A DNA stretch of 64,000 bases, from positions 868,001 to 932,000 of the forward strand of contig JAKMXF010000222.1 in assembly GCA_024704765.1 (NCBI GenBank). Reading direction: 5' to 3'. Source of the stretch: Oopsacas minuta (Eukaryota; Animalia; Porifera). Below, in pieces: positions 13,203 to 24,952 of the stretch. The notes below the pieces were generated by a model, which was given only the letters and a program-made list of their open reading frames with translations, was not told the DNA's origin and made no database searches. Made by a program: the position numbers and the translations under genes. Within the stretch, counting starts at the first letter, position 1, and every line of letters begins with the position of its first letter.

Positions 13203-15086
13203 GTAAAGGCTATTTATCCTAAATTGATTTATAATTGTATATTCTTAAGAGCTTAATGCTTGTTACCTATTTACTAATATTAAATTTACATCCTTAATCT
13301 AGAACTCGAAAAGGTTAGGACACTGACGAATATCCAACACATTTGATAAAATCACATATACCGTGATTCTAAGGTCCGGGATCACACGGTCACACGGAAA
13401 AATGTTCATAATATAGGCCAGTGGTCCGCGGGCCACTCGGTCTAAGGGGACTATGGCACCAAAGATATGTAATTTGGTTTAATAACTGGGTACTTGAAAT
13501 ATTTGAAGTGTTTAACAGGAATCCCGAGGAAATTTGAATTGCCAAACCGTTGGCAATAGAATTTTGGGATACGGTTAAATCAAACATATAAAAATTTATG
13601 CAATAGGAAATATTAAATCAAACTGGGACGCAAAGGCCATTACTTCAACAAATTTTTCTTTAATAAATAGTGAAATATTGAGCACATTTTGCGTTATCTG
13701 AAACAATAGTACGAGCATACAAGCACTGGCGCAGCCAATGTATGGCGAAGTGTGGCCTCGGCCACATTAATTGTATTCATGAGTCAAGAAGAACTACGTA
13801 TGAAACGATATCCCACCCTTGATTGGAGGCCGCAGAGCCCTGCCTCATCCTATATTTTTGTATCTATCATTTTTAAATGTTACCTAATAATATTTCAAAA
13901 TACTAAAATATTCTTACACGTACATTCGATTGGAAGGATTCTAATCTAGGTCACGCCAATATATTGGCTCTCGATACGCCAGTCCAAACAAGTTATATAG
14001 AATGTCTTTCTAAAGTCTCAAAAGATCTCTCTATAATTCTCTAACATTGTCTACTTTCAATTAAATAATAGACAACAAATTAATTAAACATTTTAACATT
14101 ATTAAATGAATGATTTCCTTGGTCAAGGCGCCAACTTTTATTCTATTGGAAAATGTTCGATTTGTACAAATTCCTTCAGAGACGAGCAAATACACTCATT
14201 TCACATGTGTCACTAAAGCGTTACATCTCATTTTGAGGTATTAAAAAGCATTCTGACGTGCATGCAATACTCAATTGTAAATTTTTTGTGATTTTGTGGC
14301 ACTTTATTGTAAGATATTAATAATTTACAGTCCATACAGTGGTGGTCGGTTGGGGCATGGCCCTCCCCTGAGATTTTTCCAGATGGATAATATTGAGTTT
14401 TTAGCTAGATTCGATTGATGTGGGAACAGTGCAGGAAACAGTTGCTACTACTTTTGTAGGCATTATAATCCTTCAGAAATCATTATTATATGATTATCCA
14501 ATTTTTCTTTCTGGGTAATATCAAATCATCCTAGACTGGTGCATTCAGATATTTAAAATATAAATTTCAACAATAAATTATACATTTTGGATAATTAATG
14601 TATTGTATACATCGGTTTAACATACACCAAAAAAGCTCTAAGTTTGAAAGTGCCACAAATCACAAAGAGTTTACACTTGAGTATTGCTCGCAGGTACGAC
14701 CATTGTACTAATTACTTTATGAAATTTAGGCCTATTTCTAGGCCCAATTTTGAATTTTTGTAGTCAAAATTTCAAAAAGATATTTACCTCTGTCTATGTA
14801 TGCACAATTAAAGTTATGGGGAAACCAATGGTACAAGGAGATAGAGAATCGTCAGGGCTTTCTACTGAACCTAGGTAATCCTGTAACTTCATAGTGACCG
14901 AGTTCATCCGCTTTAAGTGATGCATGTGAAAATTGATTATATTTGCTGGTGCCTTGATCAGTTTTTACGAATTGAAGATTTTCTAGTTCAAAAGATTACG
15001 TGGCAGCATGAAATACAAGTGTATATCTTCATAAAGTACTCTTAAGTTTTTATGCGTACTCATGTCAACTTACGGATCGGATTTAT

Positions 15087-15094
15087 ACTTCCGG
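15087..15094 (-). promoter_or_regulatory. ETS/GABP-type motif (CCGGAAGT) about 95 bp upstream of the CSTF1 ATG
   Basis: ACTTCCGG on the + strand. The motif is common in animal housekeeping promoters; position only, no functional data. Confidence 0.35.
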
Positions 15095-15188
15095 TCAAGT
15101 TGAATTGGAAGGTTTCAATCGGATATGGTAATAATTTTCATAACACCGTATTATTTTCTTGGTAATAGATACATTGTCCAATATTACG

Positions 15189-16532
15189 ATGAAGCATGGT
15201 TTGAGAGGGACAGTTGAAATTTTACATAAACAAGAACATCTATACAGATTGATAATTAGTCAATTAAGATATGATGGATTCGATGAAGCTGCTAATACTA
15301 TTACTAAAGTAGTTTCTACTTATAATCAACATCTACCTTGCGCTCCTTCATCTAAACTCAGCCATCTGGTTAAATTGGGTTTGGAAAAAGAATCTGATAT
15401 TGGCCACGATATTGCCATTTCTAGTGGTACTCCTGTTGACCCTATACATAGTTCAAACTTATTTTACGATTCTTCTTCATGGCTCGATTTAGAAGTCACA
15501 AGTGATGACCAAATATCCTCAGGCCCTGTTTCTCAACATGAAACATCTTTTATTACAGTTCATAAAGGGCCTGCAACTGTTGCTGCATTTAGTTATGATG
15601 GCCAAATTGCTGCATCTGCCTCAGGGGACACATCTATTAAAGTTTTAGATGTCGATCGTATGCTAAATAAATTTCCAGGAATATCTTCTAGTGGAATGAA
15701 TTCTCAACAAGATCTTCACCCTGTAATTCGGACGCTTTATGATCATACCAGTACTATATACACTTTAGATTTTCACCCAAGACTTCCAGTTCTGGTTTCT
15801 GGAGGTCAGGATATGTTTATTAAAATGTTTGATTATTCTCGTCCTGCTACAAAAAAAGCATTCAAGTCAATCCAAGAACCTTGGCCTATCCATTGCATCA
15901 GATTTCATCCAGGAGGAGATTTCCTATTGGTATCGACGTTACACCCTGTTATTAGACTCTATGATATTCGGACTTTAGAATGCTTTGTAAGTTCCAGCGC
16001 CTATGATCATCACACTGGCCCAATAAATGAAGTATGTTGGTCTATTGATGGGAAAATGTATGCAAGTACCAGCGATGATGGTACTATTAAATTATGGGAT
16101 GGAGTATCTGCAAGGTGTATCAATACTTTTAAAAATGCTCATGGAGGAGCAGAAGTATGTTCTATCCAATTTTCAAAGAATAGTAAATATTTACTTAGTG
16201 GAGGAAGGGATGGAGCTGCGAATCTATGGGAATTAAACACTGGAAGAATACTAAATCACTACAGTGGTTGTACGCCATCTAAAAGAGCCATCTCAAAGGC
16301 GATTTTCAATCATAAAGAAGATTATGTTTTAATGGGAGATGAAAAACATCATGAAATATGTTGTTGGAATTCTAGAAACGCAGTCCAATTGGATTCGTTA
16401 CGTACTGGGCATAATAATATAGTTAGATATATAGTTCATAGTCCTACTAGTTCAGCATTTCTAACCTGTTCAGAAGATAATAGAGTTCGTTGTTGGTATC
16501 AAAAAGAACCATTTATTTCACACACAGTTTGA
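15189..16532 (+). CDS. CSTF1: Cleavage stimulation factor 50-kDa subunit (CstF-50), 447 aa, single exon
   Basis: N-terminal dimerisation motif LYRLIISQLRYDGF followed by WD40 repeats with CstF-50 signatures HPVIRTLYDH, KKAFKSIQE, LWDGVSARCINTF and FSKNSKYLLS. First ATG at 15189; the track's 15159 start is a TTG. ATTAAA at 16562-16567. Confidence 0.93.
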   Translation: MKHGLRGTVEILHKQEHLYRLIISQLRYDGFDEAANTITKVVSTYNQHLPCAPSSKLSHLVKLGLEKESDIGHDIAISSGTPVDPIHSSNLFYDSSSWLDLEVTSDDQISSGPVSQHETSFITVHKGPATVAAFSYDGQIAASASGDTSIKVLDVDRMLNKFPGISSSGMNSQQDLHPVIRTLYDHTSTIYTLDFHPRLPVLVSGGQDMFIKMFDYSRPATKKAFKSIQEPWPIHCIRFHPGGDFLLVSTLHPVIRLYDIRTLECFVSSSAYDHHTGPINEVCWSIDGKMYASTSDDGTIKLWDGVSARCINTFKNAHGGAEVCSIQFSKNSKYLLSGGRDGAANLWELNTGRILNHYSGCTPSKRAISKAIFNHKEDYVLMGDEKHHEICCWNSRNAVQLDSLRTGHNNIVRYIVHSPTSSAFLTCSEDNRVRCWYQKEPFISHTV

Positions 16533-16826
16533 ATTCTATTTTTTTGGGTATTGTATTAACTATTAAAGTATAAAACATTATTCGATTGCCAAAATTTATT
16601 GTTTGTCTGCCAATGAGGTCATAATAGTTATCGAGAGTTATCTAAAACAGTAGTTTTCATGCCATTTAGTTTTATGTAGACTTCTGACTTCGGAATCCCT
16701 TGTGCTTTCTTTACATACATTACTATAAACAATTTCGTTGCTTAATATCTCTTAATTATTAAAGTCAAGAAAGCCTCATCATTTGATAATTTATTTTACA
16801 ACCCCAGGTTATTGAATATATATATA

Positions 16827-16992
16827 TAGTAGAGTCTCGTTAATACGAAAACAGTTAAGGAGTAGAAATTTGTACACTTTATTAGTCCCCTTCGATGCCT
16901 TTTAAATTAAATTAGTTCAGATAATACGTACTTCGAATAAGAAGTACAAATTTTGGCAGTCCCCTTGTGTACGTACTAACGAGAGTCTACTG
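16827..16992. mobile_element. About 166-bp pogo/Tigger-type MITE
   Basis: Imperfect ~21-bp TIRs (YAGTAGASTCTCGTTARTACG) in a (TA)n context. Confidence 0.65.
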
Positions 16993-17242
16993 ATATATAT
17001 ACACTTATTTATTTATGATCTTTTTATCATAACTGAATTACTATATACGCTAGGGCGTGAGGTTTCATAAATATGGAGCATATCAATTGATGTTTAACAA
17101 TAAAATCTGCATACATACATACATCCAGTAACCCATGTTAATGATTCTCTTTGGTCATGCATTCATGAATTCTAGATGAACTTTTAAGATGTCAACACAG
17201 AGTTGTGTATTCTGATTAAGTTATGGTCTATTAATCTATCAG

Positions 17243-18548
17243 CAGTAGCGGCGCAAGGATAAATTCTTTGGGATCGAGCTCCCTCGTAATATTGAAGAGC
17301 CCCTGTCGAGTCCCTCCGTAATTTTGAAAAGGCGATAAAAATTAGAAATTTGTGACCAACAGTTCGAACTTGCTTCGACTTTATTGTATTTTTTTTAAAT
17401 GAATAGAGTTATTAAAGTACACTCGAACCTCTCTTATCTGGACCTCCGAGATACGGGTACCTCACTCATTGGAATTGATAAATCTAGATGTTCTAACGGT
17501 TTTAGTTACAAAGAAACGTATGAAGTACAAGTAAAGACAGCTCTATTGTAAGGAAATTTACTGAAAATGGTCAAATTCATATCAATCCTTTTGAAAAAAT
17601 GGTGCCGGTTGCATCTCGATATTTATCCTATATATATTATAATTGGATCTCCCATACAGTTAATTTTATTTCTCAGATCCGAACAAATTATCACTTCCGG
17701 GCAGTGCTGCTAAGTGAATTCAGAAAAATTTACGGAGATTGCCCGAAAAATTTACGTAGACACCAAATTTTTTACGGAGTATTTTTAAATCCCTTAATGA
17801 CCCCCAACAGCTCTTAATTTGCTTTTACAAATGCCACTAGCTAACAACTTTTTATTAATAATCCTTGATAAATATTGATATATGGACGCTTTCGCGTTTG
17901 TAACAATAAGCTATAATCACTATCAGCATGCAACAAAGTATCAAAGGACTATTTTATATGATCGTACATACTTTGAGAAATTAATCCGTACATTTCCGAG
18001 GTATGTACAAACGTTGAGGAATTTTGAATATTGACCTTCATCGTTAACAAAAAGTATTGCACGTACATGTAACTCGCTAGAAATACGTGGAAATAAGTCT
18101 TCATATGTAGATACGTAGATAGCAGTCAAATTTACGGAGACTTGGCGGGCATCCTCCGGTCCGGCAGTCCTTGGATAAGAGAGGTTCGAGTGTACATGGT
18201 TTGGTAGAATTTGTTTTTCTAGATAGCTAGTTTAGCAAATATTCCGCCTTAATTCTGTTTCTTGCTCTGTTTATGAGTCACCTGTTATACTATACTTTGA
18301 ATATTTTTGCTTAGTTCACGTATAATACTACATTAATTTTGTAACAACTCAATTATGTCTTTGGATGGCTATTTGCCAAAGCTCGATAAGCAACTTTCAT
18401 CCAAAGCACCTAGGTACAAATCTTTCCAGCAGTTAGAAGGCGAATAAGTTGAGTAATTTAATAATACTTATCCCGTGCGACCTTTGCCCCCGAAAAAAGC
18501 TTCACCAGGCCCAACCCCTCCGTTCTCCAAATCCTGGGGCCGCCTCTG
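17243..18548. mobile_element. Non-autonomous hAT element carrying a nested MITE
   Basis: Ends CAGTAGCGGCGCAAGG / CCTGGGGCCGCCTCTG; 8-bp TSD TCTATCAG / CCTATCAG (7 of 8). Confidence 0.75.
17420..18192. mobile_element. 773-bp pogo/Tigger-type MITE
   Basis: Perfect 19-bp TIRs CACTCGAACCTCTCTTATC with TA on both flanks; no transposase ORF. Confidence 0.88.
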
Positions 18549-19341
18549 CCTATCAGATTCCTTATATATATTTGAGCTATAGTAAAGTATATGTTTATAC
18601 TTCAAAAAACCGATACACTCATTCGAAAAGGTGAGTTTTAATTAATCAAAAAAGGCCTTCTCAAAGATAGAAATCTACATACCAAAAATTTCCAGCCGAC
18701 GGACTGAGATTGCAGCTAAGGCATTAGGTCTTATTTCTATCAACACAATTATTATCCTTGTCCTAAAGTGGTGAAACTATGTTTAATCATATGATGAATC
18801 ATGTAGATTGAGATTGGAAAATATTAATATTGTAACCTCCATACTCGATTACCACAGTCAAATAGTATAAATTTCTGAAAATACGATAACTGCATTTTCC
18901 TGAAATAAACGCCTGTGCGCTTTCTCTTTCCGTAGGCATTTTATTGCATAATGGTTTTTTCATTTTGTTGCATAGTCAGACAAAGCGTGAATTTGATCAA
19001 ATAAGGAGCCTTTTTCTGTCCCCGGCGCTTACTCAAGCCTAGGGGCCTAATTGGGTTGGGGGAGGAGCAGAGGTCCTAGCTTCCTTATAGCCAATTGACC
19101 TCTTGACCAAACTATACTTTATGATGCACAATTTGTGAAAATAGTCAATATTGTACCTGTATTTCTAATCTTTGGACCACGACTCTGTGCATTTATGTGG
19201 TGTGAGTAATGTTTGACAAAATGAAAAGTTTGTAGTTATAATTATTGAGGTACCGAATTTGTCTATATTATGCTGGATGTTAACAATAATTAATTAGCGT
19301 GAAAATTTATTGGTCAGTTCATAAACAATAATATCTATTAC

Positions 19342-21125
19342 CATAGCCTACTCTACATAAGGTCTAACAGTAATACGTGGATTTTGGACCAGGGATGGGT
19401 TACCCGCGATGTAAGTAATCTTTACCAGGATGTGTTTGAAGATGAAATTATTAATTACCCATAATGACTAAATTCATTAGTAAACATATAAAATTATATA
19501 TAAACAACACAAAATGATTAAATATTCTCCATAACATATATTTACATTCTCGAAAAATATATTTGCATTCATTTTGTGTTATTTTCCTGTGGCTTATTTG
19601 GCACACATCCTTCTTGACGCTTTCCTAAACGTTATATAGCATGCTAGCTACCTCAAGATCATGCCCATCACGTGTTCTGCACCAAGTTGTACAAGTAACT
19701 ATATCCCGAAAGACAGAATACCTGTAATCGCGATGCCATAGAAGCCTGATGAAGTGAGACATGCTAGGCTACGAACTCTACACAGAGATGATATAGACGA
19801 ACTAAAAGTTGTGTACGTGTGCTCCAAACATTTTAGAGAGGATGAAGTCAAGACCACACACAGAGTGCCGAAGGATAAGTTATCGAGAGATACCCGCAAC
19901 CGTCCAAAGCTGATGGAGCTGTACCAATTATACTACGGGGAAGTCTCTTACTATTCAACTCACCCCTCCGTCAAACGTAGCCGTTTCTTTCTAGAGAACA
20001 AGGATGGCAAACTTCTCAATAAAGCTGTTTCACTCACTCTAGAGTCAGGAGTGTAAGAGAAGGAGAAGTTCAAGATTCGCAGTTCAAAGACTTAAAAGAA
20101 AAGTTACCTTTTCTTTCAATTGATAATATATGGTCTACAGGGTATCCGAACGAAAATTCATTAGTTTTTATGCGTGCTCGTATCGAAAATTGCAAGATTG
20201 AAGTGAATATGTACATATCAATAGAATTTGACTCGTCCATTAGCTCGTTTCATAATGGTGAACATTTCCCAATTCCTAATGTAACTCTATGTGATATTCG
20301 ACAACTTGAATTGGTTTTTAGTAATATTTCTGCTTTATCAACTGCATGCACTACCTCAAAGGTTATTCCCAATAGTTCAGATAACATATCTCATATTGCA
20401 TCTGCTGAAAGCCATATCCAACCGGTCATTGATAACATGTACGATTCTGAATGTGGTGATGATTTAATTCCTTACCCTGAAGTTTCTAGGCTCCAATCTG
20501 TTCATTGCCAGTTCTAGGACAGTCTTGTCCCAAAATATCATGTACTGACGCAGATGTTGTCCCTCAAAACACATCTCATCTCTCCAACAGCCTATCATCC
20601 TCTTCCGAGCATGTCTTGCATATCTCTTTCTCATTTCAATATATTACAGAAGTTATATCGGTTTTCTTTTGGTCTTGAAAACGAGTTCTTTACGTATCAT
20701 AAGCAATCTACATGAGCGTTTTCTTCAGAACAAAGGTATGTCATTATACAAATGGATGCAATTCACGTGTAATCAGATATTTCTTATAAAGGAGGAAGAT
20801 TGTTTGCTTCTAATCTAGATACAGATGATCCTACCATGACTATCTTGGCTAATATGATATCTACGTAGATTGTATTTTAAGTGGTCGTGTATCGTCCGTG
20901 TAGTTCCATGTGTTTCTGTATCTGCTGAGAAGATATTCAACACTATAATATATTGTATTCGTGATGTAGAAGATTGTGGCTCATTCGTCGAAATTATCTC
21001 CACCGACGACTATCCCATTGACGCGAAACTTATCAAATTGTTCTCTCTTAATCATAAACTGGAGACCGGAGTGGCACATCCCCATAGTGGGTTATTTTGG
21101 GTAAATATATCCAGTAGGCTATAAA
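19342..21125 (+). pseudogene. Degenerate P-like element: left end plus THAP/transposase N-terminal half
   Basis: CATAGCCTACT terminus. THAP start MPITCSAPSC at 19661, VYVCSKHF motif, and downstream P-like fragments with many stops and frameshifts. Right boundary uncertain. Confidence 0.75.
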
Positions 21126-21892
21126 TTCAACAATTTTTATTATTTTCCCCTAAATTTTTCGCTACTGGGATTTTAGCTAAAGACCAGTTTTTTTTGGTAT
21201 GTCAGATTTGAGAATGAGTCAGCACTTGAAAATTAGGACGTCATATTTAATATCCAAGTATATTCAAATTAATTTCAATTTTTATATTTCATGACCATAT
21301 AGGATATCCATAATAGTTTCTTGTCTTAATAACGAATACTAGTAAATAGGCAATGTATTACTCGCTGAAGAATCGTATCCCAATTTTGCATGATCCATAA
21401 TATTGTGATTCGGATATGTTGTATAGGAATGTGATATGTTATGTCAACTACAAAATACATACATTTTTGAACTTAAATTGGCGTATATCGAATTATTTTA
21501 CATAAATTATAGTCATACAAAGCTGTAAAATTTAACTTACACTTCATGAAGTAAGTCAAATGTTTCTGGATACTAAACAGGGCAATCGAAATGCTAAAGT
21601 AGATAGTCTGTCATGCATGTAATATCCTGAATAGTGCGAGAAATTGTGAGACACTTTTGTCCACAACTAAATATGTCCGCATTATTTATATTATATATCC
21701 TATAATTATGCTGTATCATCATAAAGTTTAAGTAGAGAAAATTAATGAAAATTCACATAAATTGCGTATGAGCTGTCAAAGTTACATTAGAACTACACCC
21801 AGTATAAGTTTGGTTGTATTTTGAAGATTGAAGTATATTTATAGGAATTTTAGTTAGATGAACAAAAAATATGATTTTAAAGGCTCGAAAAA

Positions 21893-24150
21893 TATATTTT
21901 TGCATATTTATCATACCATAATATTATCACCCACCCCCTTTTTTCCGATGATTTGTAATGCACTACCTTTTTGATCTATTGTAGAATATGATTCAACTAT
22001 GTTATATAAGTATATTAAACATGGATTATCTTTCTTAGACTCAAATATGGGCATTCTTTCTCTTGGTATTAGGGTTTTAAAGAATTAATCCAGGTCTCGC
22101 CTCTTCTCCTGTTACTGATCGCAAACATTTAGTGACTAATTGAATATTAGGGCGTTCAGTAAGTCTTGCGGGTCATGATATATCTTAGGAATTAGTCAAG
22201 TAATATATCTAACTTTCATATTTTATAAGCTCATATAGTTAAACTCCATATACTGAAAGTTTCAAGCTTATTCAATACAAATTATGAATTTTTGAGATAG
22301 TTACGTGTAGTCAATTTATACCCACTGTTGAATTTATGGCTTCTAAGGATGATAATTTCAACCTCAAATGGCGAGCTTTACATAGAGTTTCGTACAATAC
22401 TCAAGATCCAGCCCGTACAGATCTTCAGCAAGTTACAGGAGATATTGTGCGTAGGTTGCCTTTCCAGGTCTACTATAGAGTGATGGGCTGCCCGTTTTAG
22501 ATCTGGTGATGCTGATGTCACAGATTTGCCTCGATCTGGAAGACCGCTATCCGCCACCACTTCAGAGAATATCGCACTCATTGAAAGTATGGTCATGGAA
22601 GACAAGTGCATTACTGTCAATCAGTTAGAACAAAGTATGGAGATTTCATCGGGAGCGATTCATACAATTCTGACGACTGTGCTTGGCTACCGATCGATTT
22701 GTGGGAAATGGGTCTCGTATAAGCTCAGTGAGAATCAAAGGTTGGAACGACTGAATATTGCTAAGAAACTCTTGGAACTTATGAGAACTGCGATTATAGA
22801 CGCCTAACAGAGATTATTACTGGTGACGAGACGTGGGTGCACTATTCAACACCATATAGCAAGTATAAGAAGCGATCATGAGTGAGGGGCGACGAACAAC
22901 CAGCAAAAATTCCTAGGCCCGACTTCAGAAAACCTGAGATTATGTATACCATCTTCTTCAGTAGTCATGGGATTGTCTTGCAATTACCTTGTGAGAGTGG
23001 CAAGACTGTTACTGCTATTTTCTTTACAGGGCAAGTGCTTCCAAATTTGATAAAAAATATAGAAAAGTACCGCCCGAAAACCGGAACTCGAGGAATTAAG
23101 ATTTTAATTGATAACGCCAGTTCCCATACAGCTAAGCTCACCAAAAATTTCTTGGATGTAGAAGGGTTAGAATTACTTCCCCATCCACCATACTCACCAG
23201 ACCTAGCTCCGTGTGATTTTTGGCTATTCCCTAAGCTTAAAATCTACCTTCAAGGCAAAGATTTTAACACATTACAAGCACTCGGAACTGGCCCGTACCA
23301 GTACTTCAAATCCATCCCCGATGAAGAGTACAGAAATGTGTTTTACAAGTGGGTGGAAAGGTTAAAACTTTGTGTATCTGCAGGAGGAGATTACTTTGAA
23401 TAAATAATATAGTGAATTAGTGTGTATAGTGTTTGTATCATATTCTATAATTTCACCAGCAAGACTTATTGAACGATCTAGTAGCAATTTCAACAGCTTG
23501 TGTATGGCATTGGTATGCTCGAATTTCTAATGGAGTACGTACACTATTAATTGTATTTATTTTGAGAGGTATTTTGTAAAAGGCGGTTCTGTGATAAAAG
23601 ATGTTTCCAAATCATTCTGTCCACATATGTTTCAGCTGTGGACCTTATTGAAGGAACATTAAATGGGCGAATTTCAATCGTTCCAAATCAAGAATTGTTG
23701 ATTCGGATATCTAAAATTGTATTTACTGCCTTCTGTCTAATTTTCACGTCATCATCTGCAAGCATCGATAATCGAAGATTTTCTGGATGACAAAAATATG
23801 CGTTACTCTGCATCACATCGCAAATTACCCCTTGGTCAGACTCTGATAACTCTCGCAGTAAAGATATGACAAAAACATATTTTTAGGTCCATCTGTGCAA
23901 ATCAGGTTACCCTTGATTCTGAATCAAACTTGTGCATAATAATTGACAATATAATAGACAATTCGCGGCAATTCAGGTGTGGGTTGTATCGTAGAAATGA
24001 ATGACCTAAGCAATCTGTTGGCCAGTGTTGTCCATCTAAGATGATGTATAGGATCAGGTTGCATCGATGCCAATTCAGAAGAGCAAATACCAGCCTGAAT
24101 TGTTTGACAGATATTTCTGATCTGCATTTAAATTCCTGAAAATATCGCAA
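21893..24150 (-). pseudogene. C-terminal half of a hAT-like transposase (probably hATm group), split by the mariner at 22147
   Basis: HLRWTTLANRLLRSFIST, HPENL..SMLADD, ITEPPFTK, then CHTQAVE interrupted by the mariner and resuming IQLVTK. The subgroup name is from memory of the motif. Confidence 0.7.
22147..23481 (+). mobile_element. Full-length mariner with disrupted transposase (copy 1)
   Basis: Imperfect ~23-bp TIRs with TA flanks; GRP, ITGDETW, IDNASSH and YSPDLAPCDFWLF motifs; frameshift plus in-frame TGA codons. Confidence 0.93.
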
Positions 24151-24185
24151 TCAATACGTTGATCTTCGCATTAAGGATTATACAG

Positions 24186-24568
24186 TGGAAACATCTTTTA
24201 TCCTATAACCGACTTTTACAAATTACCACTCAAAGATGTACAATTAATAGTGTACGTACTCCACTAGAAATTCGGGCATACGCATGCCATACACAAGCTT
24301 TTGAAATAAGTATTCAATTAGTCACTAAACGTTCGTGTTCAGTAACAGGAGAAAAGGCGAAACCTGGATTAATTCTTTAAAACCCTAATGCTAAGAGAAA
24401 GAATGCCTGTAATTGAGTCCAAGAAAGATTATCCATGCTGAATATACTTGATATAACATAATTGAATCATATTCTACAATAGATCAAAAGGTAGTACATT
24501 TTCAAATCTTCGGAAAAAAAAGCGGGGTGGGTAATATTATTAGGGAATGATAGAATATGCAAAAATAT
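24186..24568 (+). repeat. Inverted, diverged second copy of the 3' end of the hATm-like transposase
   Basis: Reverse complement of 21893-22146 joined to 23484-23609; encodes CHTQAFEISIQLVTK. Confidence 0.85.
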
Positions 24569-24952
24569 CTTGATAACTTGAGTATACTTGGACATATAAA
24601 TTAGCCTACTACACCATTCGATATAGCAAATATGCGACTTACTATTACCAAATAATATATATTTAGGGGCTAAGCCAAAGGAATTTGAAAATTCGGACAA
24701 TTTAAAGTCAATTTTGCCAAAGGGGCACAGAAAAAATACAAAACCGCAAGGGTCAAATCTAAATATTTTTCTAATTTAAGTCTTGCATTTTCCTAGATAA
24801 TAGTAGAGGTAACTTTTACCTTAGGCAGACGTTGAACCGACGATTTTACTTTTCTCGATCCGGCCTATTATTATATGTTCATATACTAAGGCTGACCCTA
24901 TTATTTATTCATACTAATAATATATCGTAAATCTCACCGCTTATGATTCATT

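Noticed and set aside
22879-22881. TGA read as Trp (alternative genetic code)
   Set aside because: CSTF1 uses TGG for Trp and ends in TGA, and the relics also carry frameshifts and TAA/TAG stops. Ordinary decay explains it.
21893-24568. Long TIRs of a foldback transposon
   Set aside because: The arms translate as the transposase C-terminus (CHTQAVE), so they are duplicated coding sequence, not TIRs.
24400-24700. Continuation of the Transib relic beyond the DUF659 hAT
   Set aside because: This sequence matches the hATm-like 3' UTR at 21893-22050; no Transib catalytic-E motif was found.
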